A DNA stretch of 64,000 nt, from positions 2,360,281-2,424,280 of the forward strand of contig CAJINV010000013.1 of NCBI GenBank assembly GCA_905178155.1, in the 5' to 3' direction. This DNA comes from Amoebophrya sp. A120. Its lineage: Eukaryota; Protista; Dinoflagellata. Of this stretch, positions 27,601 through 39,600 are shown piece after piece. Position 1 is the stretch's first letter. Each line of letters opens with the position of its first letter. Under the pieces are notes generated by a model that saw only the letters and a list, made by a program, of their open reading frames with translations, was not told the origin of the DNA and ran no database searches. The translations under genes were made by a program, and so were the position numbers.

Positions 27601-30600
27601 GACAGAAATCCAGAAGTTTTGGGAGTCACGCATGACAAGTTTGGGCTCGCAGTGTAAGCTAGTTTAGCTAGAAAAGCCACAACATCAAAACTCGGCGAGT
27701 CCTTATCCTGATTCTAGCATGACAAGCTTCTAGATAGCATGGGAAAACGCAGCTTTCCATGTTTGGGCTCCGCATGAGAAAATTTTTTGCAGCCTGGCGT
27801 ATTTGCATGACAGCGTTGGATTGGGGACGTCGTTTTTACTCAGGATAGATGGAGCATCGAGTAAGGAGGCAAACATTTCTTACTGGCAGCCGTTGAACTC
27901 GACGATTTACAACTCTAGTGACGCCGCGGCGACGAAACGGCGGGAGGAAAACATGCGGTCCGCCGCGCTGCAGATTGAGAACGAGTTGAACAAAAACATG
28001 CCTTTGATGAACAAAAACGCGATCGAGCGCAGGAAGCACGAGACGCTCGAGGATTCGATCTATAACTTGCGGCATACGGTTCTCACCGGCGACATTTTGA
28101 CGTCGCAACGACCGTTTCCACTATCCTCTTTAACCACCGAGCCAGAATACACGCAGGCGATCACGATTGTGAAGGTGAACATCCAGGTCCGGTCCGGCGT
28201 GATCACTTTCCTTCCTTTAGAGCAGCGCTGGATGAACATGGGGAAGCTGGACGCGACCAGGGAGAGGTCGTTGTGGGCGAACGAGGGTTTGTACTTTGAG
28301 GAAATCGTGCACGACGTAGATGTATCGACTGCAACACTCGTATCATACTAGTGCGACTGCATTTCAATATGCAAAATTTTCCAACAAAGTGTTCAAGATC
28401 ACCAAGTAAAGTGCAGTTTATCATGAAGAGAAGTCGGGAAGAAAAGTAATGCGGATCTGCAAACTGCACGAGTACGATATGACTTTTGCAGTCCATAAAG
28501 CGCCGGCACCACCCAAACGTTCCTCTACAAACAGGAGTCAAAGAACTTTAACATCAGCGGAACCGCGGATAAGGTCGACCGCTTCTTGCGGGATAGCGTG
28601 TTTTTCAAACCGTTGAAAAACTTCGTCGGCGTGGACAAAGTCACCTTCTCCGCCCTGTCGGGAATCGGCTTCCCGGACGGACAGAGTCTATGCAAACTAG
28701 ACGTTTTATGAAATGTAAAAATATCTGGGTCTGGAAGAATGCAACTTGTCATGCTGTCTTTGGAAGGTAAAAAAAATTTGTATTGCACGACCAGCAAGAG
28801 GAGTTCAGTTTGTGCTACGCGGAGCGCGCGTTTCTCATGCGGAATACGCATAAGAAGGCCCCTTAAAAATCTGTGATGGTCGGCCAGGCATTACAGACAT
28901 CATGGGTTATGCAAAACATGCATGACAAACCTGGCAATCTTCCAGACCCAGACATTTTTACACTTGATACGTTTTTGTCCAGGTGTACGCGGTCTACGAC
29001 GACGACGGCCCGCAGATTTACTTAAACACAGCGAAGATGATAAACTCCACGGAAACCATCCCGGCTTCACATTTATTGAACGCCGTGGCGATCACCGGGA
29101 GGCCGTACGAGCCGGAGAACAAGAATTTCTACTCTATCGTGATCGACGCGTTTGGGAAGTTGCGGAACATCCCGTACTTGTCCGTCGACGAGGACTGCCT
29201 GATGTGCAGAATGCCGGCGATCGAAGTGAACGACGGGGACTGCATGCTGATCCGGGACGGGTCGTGTTATTTGAAACTGACCGTGTTTGGCAACGGAATC
29301 TTGGATATCCGCCTTGCCGGGCAGGTCGGCAGAACCGTGCAGATCGCCGGGCAGCACGACAATCTGAACAAGGCGCTGGACCAGATGAGAGTGACCCCGT
29401 TGTCCGATTTCTCCGGGTTTTGCAACCTGACGATCACGTTGGAGCGGGTTTTGACGAACGAGCGGGTCCAGAACTTGGTGGGTCAGATGTCCATCGTGGA
29501 ACACATCCCGGTGTTCGTGCGACCGGTGGACGACGCGCCGGTGTTGTTGTTCGGTATGCAATGCAAAAGCATCGTACTAGTATAAATTGCATCACAAATT
29601 TATTACCCCAGCATTACAAATTGAATTTGTAATGCTGATTTTCCCTTGAGAAAAAGATTTGTAATGCATAAATGCGATTACTACGTGTAGGTGTACGATG
29701 CTTTTGCAGAGGATATTCGGTTTTCCGGAGCAAAAATCGCTGTTCCACGGGTCGATTCTGGACTTGTCCGAACCCTGGGAATTCACCACGAAAAACGGCG
29801 GGAAGTTGGAAATCGAGCGCCAGATCGCCGAGGACGGGACCAGGCGGGATAGAGAACCGAATTCCGACTTGCTCTTGGACGCCTTCAGCGGGGTGGACGC
29901 AGCGGACTTCACGACAGGTGCGAGCTTGCTGTACGAAAACACGAAAGAATTACTACTGCGGGAAAATTCCACGGCGGAGTCGCGGGGCGAGAAATTCCCG
30001 CGGTACTACCGCGACTTGATCGAGGTGCGGCCCGGGTACTACGTGTACAGCCGGGGGCTGAAGCCGCCCATCATTTGGGACAATTTAGTGGAGATTTGGG
30101 ACGACGAGGCGAGCCAGACCATCTGGTCTCCCTGGGAAGACCGGCACTTCACCGAGCCCGGCTTCGACGTGACGAAGTTGCAGCAAGAGTACGCCGCGTT
30201 GTTAGCGTCGAAATCCACGTCTCTCACTTCCGTGAACGACTTTATCCTGAGTAAAAACGTACTCACACCAGAGTCAAGATGGGAAATCTGCTAGACAAAT
30301 CAGCCAGCTTTGCTCGTTTGGCATGACAAGTTTGTCCTCGTAGCCAAATCCTGTTTAGGTAGTTCAACAGCATCACAGATCTAGTATATCATGCTGATTG
30401 TAGCAACACAAATTCCAAAACACCACTAGAAATGCCTCTCATGGCGCTCCGCATGACAAACTTCTTTGGCATGCAGATTTACATGACAAACTCTGGGGTG
30501 GGGACGGTTTTACTCAGAATAGACTTTCTGGTCACGCTATCCGTCACGCTCGGCCGCATCGCGTTGTTTGACCCGCCGGACTATGCATTGCAAATATGTC

Positions 30601-33600
30601 TGGGTCTGGAAGGTTGGAACTTGTGATGCATGTTGCGGATCATACAAAAATCTGTGCTGCGTGACTTGCAAAAGGTGCGTACTTCTGGCCATGCTGCGAG
30701 GGCATTTCTCATGCAGAACAGGCATCACAAAGGGGCTGCGGATCCTGTGATGCTAGGCCCTGCATTCCAGACTTGGCGGAGCTTGGAAAAACTGCATGAC
30801 AAATCTCAGCATGGCGGAGCTTGGAAAAACTGCATGGCGGAGCTTGGAAAAACTGCATTGCGTTGCTGGTCCTGTGCCAGTCGCGGGGCATGTTCGGGTG
30901 TTCCGGGCTGTGCTTTGTGCACCCCTCGGACCCCGCACCCCCCCGGGCTTAGTAGCGCAGTCTGTTAAGCATGACAAATCTCAGAATCTTCCAGACCCAG
31001 ACATTTTTGCATTTGATACGGACGAGATTTGGCTGCAAACCCCGACGGTGCAGTGGAATCAGGAGTTGAAATTCGCGCACAACTACACCCTGGTGTCGGA
31101 GTTGTTCAAGAAGGGACTGCGGTACACGTGGAACGAGGAGACGGAATGCGGCAGAATTGGCCAACTGAAAATCGAGGTCGACGACTACCGGTCGCCAAAA
31201 ACCGTCGGCATCGCGACCATCTGGCTGCCGCACTGCGTGGATTACGAGTTCAGGGAGAAGCAGGCGGTGGAAGGTAGTGCTGGCACTAGCAGCATGTACT
31301 CCTCTGCTAGTACAACGTCGAGTAGTTCCTCGTCCTACACTTCTGCGACAAACAAGAACGAAACGACGAAAACCCGCACGATGCGCGTGTTTGAGGACAA
31401 TTTGGATATCAAAGAGCCGGCGGCGCGGTTGGCGAATTACGTGGAGGTGAAGGACCTGCAGGAGGAGTCGGTGTTTCTGAAGATGGAAGTCAAAGTGAAA
31501 TACGGGAAGTGCCAGCTGTGGCCGGAGAAAATGCTGATCCAGGCGGACCGGGAGATTGCGCAGGTGGACACGCCGTGGGAGGATGAGCGGGGCTGCTTCA
31601 CGGACGGCAGACCGGAGTCGATCAACAGTGTCCTGCAGCACATGCGGTACATTTCGCCGAAAAATTTCTTCGGCCAGGACGAGATCGAGCTGAAGATCTA
31701 CCGCGACCCGGACTTCTATTTACCGGGGCGGGATTTTTCCATTCTCGAAGAGCCGTTGAACACCGAAATCTTGAACCCCACCGGGAATCAAGTGGAGCAG
31801 GTCCGGCAACAGTACATCGAGCAGAACGCGAAGAGATTGAAAATCCCCGTCGAAGTCGTTCCGGTGAATGACGCGCCGCGGCTCTCCTCCGACCGCACCT
31901 TTTACTCCGTTTTGGAGGACGGGCTACCGTTTCCGGTGGAGCAGATTTATTTGGAAGATGTCGACAGCAGGGAGGAGATCACGCTGTTTGTCTATTTAGA
32001 CGACGGGGGCGTGTTTGAGCAGAGGATTTTGGTGTGCGGACCCGAGCTAGATCTGAACGCCACGAGTGGCACTGGTTTTGAGGGAGGTAATGACACGAAC
32101 GACACGGCTGGGTCATCTTCGAGTAGGAGGCTGTCTTATCACAGTTCTTCATCTTCGGGTTCATCTAGTGCCATGTCTTCTTCTGGTTCCTCGTCTAGTG
32201 CTGGATCCTCTTCCACCTCCAGTTCTGGCGGAGGCGGCGGCTCTTCCTCCTCATCCTCGGGCTACGTCTCAGCCTCGAGCGGCTACAGCTACGAGTACAT
32301 GGCGGAAAACAAAGTCAAAGGATTTTTGCAGATGTATCGAAAGGAAAAATCCCCCCTCCCCATATCAAAACGGAATTTCTAATGCTGGATTTGTGTACAC
32401 AAATCAGGTTTGTATTGCAGAGAGGCACTGCGGCCGGATCCCCAGGCTAGGTAGGGGCGTATGGGTCTAGTTGTTCAGCACGGCAAGCGGGTCGCTTTTA
32501 GGCCCAACAGCATGACAAATCGCTTCCATAATGGGGCGAAAGCTTCTGCCCTTGTCTTCTTGCAAGACAAACATGATTTGTGACCTTAAATCAGCAACGC
32601 AAATTTTCGGCAACATACCTTTTCATCGATATGGGGTCGGGGGATTTTTCCTCTCAATAAGATGAACGCCGAGGAGAGAAACGTCGACGCCGTGTTGAAG
32701 CACCTCGCCCCTGTGAAAAACGGCGTGGAGCACTTGTATCCGAACGTTTCCGTGCAGTTGTTCGACCCCTTTGGATACCACTACGACAGCGACAGCAGTG
32801 CCGGACAGAACATTCTGAACGGGAACGACACGGGTTTACTGTTGAACGTCTCCTACCGGGTAAACTCCGTGCTCTACCCGAACAAGTACAGTGCGTGCTT
32901 TGAATCCTTCTACGGGCTAGCTCTGACGGGGTCTGTACAAGATATCCACAAGATTGTCAACCAGGACAAGAACTTGCGGATAAGAACCCAAATCGACTAC
33001 GCGGACGCGTTATCAAATGCAAAAGTGTCTGGGTCTGGAAGGTTGCAACTTGTGATGCTGTTTTTGGATTCCAAAAAAATCTGTATTGCATGACCAGCAA
33101 GAGGCGTCCAGTTTGTGCTACGCGAGGACGGTATCTCTCATGCGGAATAGGCATCAGGAAGCCCTCTAAAAATCTGTGATGCTAGGGCATGCATTACAGA
33201 CATCATGGGTCACGCAAAATGTGCATGACAAACATGGCGATCTTCCAGACCCAGACATTTTTACATTTGATACGCGTTCTTAGTGAAGTATTTCGCGGTA
33301 GACAACCTGAAAGACGCCAAGCCGGTCGAGACCCTAACTCCCGGCACCAACAGCTACGGCCAGGCGGTGATGAGCTACAGCCAGGCGGACAGCTCCAAAG
33401 ATCCGAAAATGTCGAATGAGATCACCGCGCACGTGATTGTGCAAGAAGTGCCGGACGCGCCGAAGTTGTCAAACGTCTGCGAGTTCGACGCCTTGGAGGA
33501 ATACGCGTTCCGGGAAGTGCAGAAACCGGAGTACAATGATTTGTTCCCCGCAAATTCGGCGCCGCACAACAGAACCCTGACACAAATCAACGTCGTTCGG

Positions 33601-36600
33601 GATTTGTTCGTCCGGAACGTCACCTTTGCCTACCGCGAGCAGGTGGATAATGGTGTTGTGGCCGCCCCTTCGCCCGAAGAAGTTTCAAATAACTCGTCAG
33701 CAGTATCTGCGTCTAGTACTTCCTTTACCAACGCCCTACTGATTCGCAACACGATGCAGCGGGTGAGTGTTGCAAACGCTCACCCGCACCCGTTTTTAGC
33801 TGATTCCGCATCTGCTTCTCTCGAAAGCACCCAGGGCGTTTTGTACGTGGAGAAGATCCGAAACCGCTACTACGTGCACAACGCGACCTTGTCCTCGGAA
33901 CCCTTCCTCGGCTTGGTTCGACGCGGCGGCTGCACGCAGATCCGGCACTGCGTGATCCTGGAGCCGTCCAACGAGTGGGAAAGCTACGACTCCACCGTGG
34001 TCGCGTACCTGAAGGTCAAAGACGATTACTGGTCGAAATTTTTGGAGCAGACATTGAACTGCACCTTGTTCACGTCCGCCTTGCAAAACGACACGACGAG
34101 CCTGAAACTGCTGCAAGCGCAGACGGCGGCGGACGTGGTGTTGCCCGAAGAATGTAAGAATTCGAACGCGACCGGTTCTGGGACTTCATCGACGAACAGC
34201 ACTGGCAGCGCGACTGCTGGAATAATTGATGACGACGACTCCTCAAATTCTACTGCGGTGGTTGACCCGGGCATTTCGACCATCCCTAATCCAGAGCGAC
34301 TTTTTCAGTTCATGCACGGCTGGTCTTTATCCGTGGAGGACGCGAATGTCGAGCTTCGCGGGGAGAAGACCGACCGGCTGTACGTCATCGGAGAGCTGGC
34401 TTCCGTCAGTAAGGCGCTCAAGGGCGGGATTTATCTGGAGTCGGCGAGAACGATTTGGGACGACAAGGGGGCGTTGAAGACGCTGGATTTTTTTGTCGAC
34501 ATCGAGGTCAAATCCCTCGGCAGGCTTTTCGACCCAGATTCCGACCCGGTCAAGCTGTTCCACGAGGAGACGGACATCGAGTCGATGTCGGAGGATAGGG
34601 AACGGTGGTACTACCCGTCCGAAATGACGGAAATTTTCGGCGACATTTATTCCGGGGACGCGTTCTACCAGGAGTACCACGGGCCGGTGTTGCTGGGGAT
34701 GACCCCGACGTGGACGATTCACGACCCGGCGTTCGTCACGCCCTACCAGAAATTGAGCACAGGTGCTGGTGCTACTGAGGACGAAGATGACTTGGCGATT
34801 CTCGTGCCGCAGAGTAGTGGTGGAGGAACTACCTCAAATTTGACTAACGGCACCAACGGAACGAATTCGTCGAGTACCTCAACATCGACAGGAGTCAACA
34901 ACTCCTCTGCAACGACCGAAAATAACGACACAAACAGCACAAATGCTTCTTTCTCCTTCCCGGTCCCACCACCTCGTTTTTACGACCAGACGCTGAATCG
35001 CTTCCCTTCCGTCCAGCGGTCGTTGAAAGTCCAGTTTCGCCGCATCAACACGCCGCCGATCATCGAGACGAGCGGCGAGTCGGTCTTCTTCGAGACCACA
35101 AATCTCGACGAGTTCACCATCCCCAAGTCCGCCCAGATTCAGATCAAGGACCCGGATGTCGGCGCGCCGAAGGATTTGCAGCAGTTGCTTGCCGAGGACA
35201 GCATCAATTTCGTGCCCTCGGTGATCTCGCAAGCGACCGTGTTTCAGCCGGCGAAGGCGGCTTTGGTGCCCAAGCACGTGTTATGCATTGCAAAAATGTC
35301 TGGGTCTGGAAGGATGGAACTTGTCATCGTAAATCTGAAGCATGCAGAAATCTGTGTTGCATGAGTGCCGAATGCTGTCCACTTTTGACCAAATTGGAAC
35401 GGAGTTTCTCATGCAGAATAGGCATGGCAGAGACCTCGCAGAGTCTGTCATCCTAAGTCCCACATTCCAGACCACATGGGTCATGGAAAATCTGCATGAC
35501 AAGCCTACACTCTTCCAGACCCAGACATTTTTACAGTTGATACGTGTACGACGTGCACGTCCGGATTGAGTCGCCGATTTTGCAAAACGTTTCCTTCGCG
35601 AACGAGTTTTTTCCCGTCGAATCCGAGGGCACGAAGGAATTTGTCGTTTCCGCGGCGGAAGCGAACAAGAACTTGCAAGACACGCTGAAGGTGTACTTCC
35701 CGTCGCAGTACTGGTACGGAACCGCACCGATCACATTGAAGGTGAGCGACTTGGGCAACGCGGGGTACGACGCGTTTCCGCCCCTACCGCCGGAGCACAC
35801 GGCCTTCGAGTTCTATTCCGTGCAGGGATGTGTGCACGTGGACGCGGTAGACAACAGCGGCGGGGAGCTGGCGGTTTTGCGGGAGGGCGTTGAAGATTCC
35901 GACGCTTCTGCGACGAACAGCACAACATCAGCAGATTCCTCATCACTGAACAACCAAACCGCGTACGAAAAAGTTTCCATCGCGAAAATCCCGCCCTCGG
36001 CCGAGCACAGCAGCCGCTGGTGGGACAGCTTGTTTTCCAAGTCCTACACGATCGAGTTCTACGTGAAGTACGACGGGACAGAGAAGGTTTTGTTCTCGAC
36101 GAACAGGGATCTACCGCTGTTGGAAGCGCAAAAAGACTACGATCCGTTCGCGAACTACAGCAGTGACGCGGTGAGTAACGAGACAACCGCGTTGACGCCC
36201 GGGAGCAAGCAGGAAGTGGACATCGAAAACCCGAAGGATTTTTCCACGTTTGCGTACGACCTGGATTTCGCGGACACGCCCGGCGGCATCAATCTGTACG
36301 CGGAGAATCCGGATGTGCCGAGCTGCCCGGTCGTGGAGGATTTCCCGCTGATCGACTTGCAGAACTTGACAGTCTATCAAATGCGAATTTGTCTGGGCGT
36401 CGAAGAATGCGAGACTTGTCATGCATGCTCTGCGTGACCCATGATTTCTGTGATGTATGCTCTAGCATCACAGATTTTGTGATGGCTTCCTGATGCCCAT
36501 GCCTATACTGCATGAGAAGTGCCCCCTCCGCGTAGCAAAAACTGCGCCCCTCTTGGTGCTGACCCAATACAAGTTTCTGTAGAATCCACAGCCAGCATCA

Positions 36601-39600
36601 CAAGTTTCACTCTTCCAGATCCAGACATATTTGCAATGGATACAGTCACCACCAGCCAGTACTCGGAGAAAAACGCCAGCAGCTTCGCGATTGACTCGGA
36701 TTACTCCACCTGCTCCGCGACCGACGACTCGGGGTTCGCGGCGGGTAGCCACTGGTGGCGGATCCGGTTCACGAATCAGCAGATCAGGTTGCGGAGGTAC
36801 CGGGTGTACCTGCCGTCTGGGAGTCGCTTTATGACGACGGAAGAGAAGGAAAACATTCTCCTCACCGTCGACGTCGCGGGCACGGGCCAGACGCACCACG
36901 CGCTGCCGAAGGGGAAATTACTGACTGACGAAGCAACCGGGTCGGAGTTCGTCGAGGGTGAGGTCGATATCGCGGTGAAGGAGCTGCGGGTCTGGAACTC
37001 GGCGGCCAACGGGAACAAAATGATCGGAATTTGCGAGCTCCAGCTGTTCGGGGATTCGTCGAAGTACACGCCCCAGGTTTTCGCCCGGGTGGATGCGCAG
37101 AGCGACGCCTTTGCCTTCAACGGCGACGCTTTTGCGGTGGTGAACGACAGCAACAGCAGTTCGATCGCGAACACGCAAACGGGCACGTACGGGACCGGGA
37201 TGCTGATGCGGTCCAGGTACCGGAATAAGGGGCACCTGGCTGGAATTAGGGTTGCGATGGACGCGACAAACTACTATGATTTTTTTCTCCCAAAGGACAA
37301 ACAGCATCTGTCTTTGGAGGAATTGATAGGAACTAGCGAAGAGGAAGTGGAAAGAATGGTGTTGAACGACCAGAATGTAGTATCAACTGACACTCTACAT
37401 TCAGCGACCTACGCGGATAGCATTACCACGTGTCAAAACGTCGCGAACTTGGCGAAGGTGGAAGCCGCTCTCGCGTCGGAAAACGGTATTTACGACGTAC
37501 CATCAAGCAGCGCGGGTGACAGCCGGGTAGCGAACTTGGTCGGTCCGGACAGTGGTCTGGTGCGGAATAGCACCATGACCGGCTTCGGTTTCCCCTTCGC
37601 GGGAGAAGGGACAGACGATTCCGACACGCGGGAGAGGAGTAGATGTAGCAACGTCGGGAAGCTGCTTTTCAACTTGAAGGTCTCCAGCGAGCACGGCGGG
37701 TTTTTGCTGGGGAACAGTTCTTTGCCGCTCTCGGTGGAAAGATACAATCGGGAGAACGCGATGATCTTAGCGCGGCTCGGCGTTCTCCACGACTTCTCCT
37801 CTTCCTGCTGCACGCAACCCATGAACGTGATTGGTGTGGGTGTGGAAAGTTCTCCCAGCGCAAACATGCCGGACGACTCGACGGGACCCTCAGGGGCTGG
37901 GAACTCCGGGGTTTTGGAGTCCTTCCAAATTGAACCGTTGTCTGGTGGGGTGAATAGCTCGTTTTCTTCCTCGGGCTCCGCAGGAGCCGCTAGTACAACT
38001 ACACCTTTCAAGTTCCGGCAGTTGCAGGGGTTTATGCTCTACAGGCTGACGTATCAGACCACAACCACGTCGACCACGACACGTAGGCCACTCCCGTCGT
38101 ATTGCCTAAAAGGGGCCACGACGTCTACCACGGCAGGCGCATCGAGTACAACACCCAAAACCCCCGACGAAATTCGGCACTCGCGCGGCTCGTCCGACTC
38201 CACGGTGGGAAAGTTTCGCGAGTACCAATTTGACTCGGACGCGACACTGCAGGTGGATAAGTCCGGGCGTTTGTTTATCCTAAGCAAAAACGTCCCCACC
38301 CCATAGTCAAGTTGGGAATCTAGCAACACAAATCTCCAAGTTTTGGGACCTGTGCATCACAGGTTTCCCTCTGCAGCGTAGTGCTGATTGGCAAGATAAG
38401 CCGCATGAGTAAGCCATTTTCACATCCTGTTTACAGCATTACAAATTCCAAAACACGACTGGAAATTCCTCTCATGGAGCTGCGCATTACAAATGTTCCT
38501 GTCATTGCACATTTGCATAACAACTCTGGTGTGGGGACGTTTTTACTCAGGATACTGTTCTACCAAATCGCGCGGTCGAATCTGCCGATTCAGTACTGGG
38601 CCAGATCTATCCCACAGAAAAAAGCTGGCAGGGCATATTTGTAATGCAAAAATAAACACACAGAAAAATCTGTCATGGGCGGCCTCATAGCATGCAATGC
38701 AAAAAAAATTTTTTGTCTATTTATATTTGCATTACAAATAAATATGACCTGCCAGTTTTTTTCTGTGTGATAAGATCCGGGCTAACGGCAACGAACACAC
38801 TGGAGGTCGGCCGGTGGTCGCACATCGCGCTGGTGCACACGAGAAACGAGGGCCAGCCGTGGCAGAAGAACACCGCGGCGATCTTCGTGGACGGCAACGA
38901 AATTGTCCGGTTCCCGCTCTGGAACATCTACTCGCCGTTGGACAAGAAAGCTACTGGATTACACTTCTGCGGCTATCGGTTTACGCAGATGAAGGTGTGG
39001 ACGCAGGCGACGCCGAAGGGGGATTTAGGAGTTTGCACCAACCGACACAAAACTCTTTCCGTCACGCAGAACGCGGACTACCGCTACCGGAATTTGAAGC
39101 TCGATTTGTCTTTAGAGGATCGGTTTTACTACAATCAGGATCTGATGAACGACGACAAATTTTCCCTCGCCATTGCCGGCCGCTGGCGCGCGGACGGGCC
39201 GTCCAGGTGCCGGTACGATCGGTCGATGTTGACGTACTGCTTGTGCTACCACGGGACGCTGTCCAATTCGATCCTGAAGCAGCACAGCAACGCGAACGTC
39301 GACCGCGAAAAATTCCCGGACGTGGATGTGGTCAGCGACATCACCCGGAAGTACTACTACCGCAGCCGACAAGCCTTGAAATCACCAGGCGAGGACGCGA
39401 ACTCCGCCGACCACGTTCTGCCCGAGATGTCGGTCCGGATTTCCCACGCGGCGGTGCAAAAAGCGGAGCAGGAGCTCTCCGTGTTCCGGCCGTACTCCGC
39501 GGTGGACACGAAACCGACACTGATCATGCGGGGCGCGGGCAGAAACGAACTGGACTGGAAGTTCCACAAAACGAACATCACGACGGTCGCAACAACGTCG

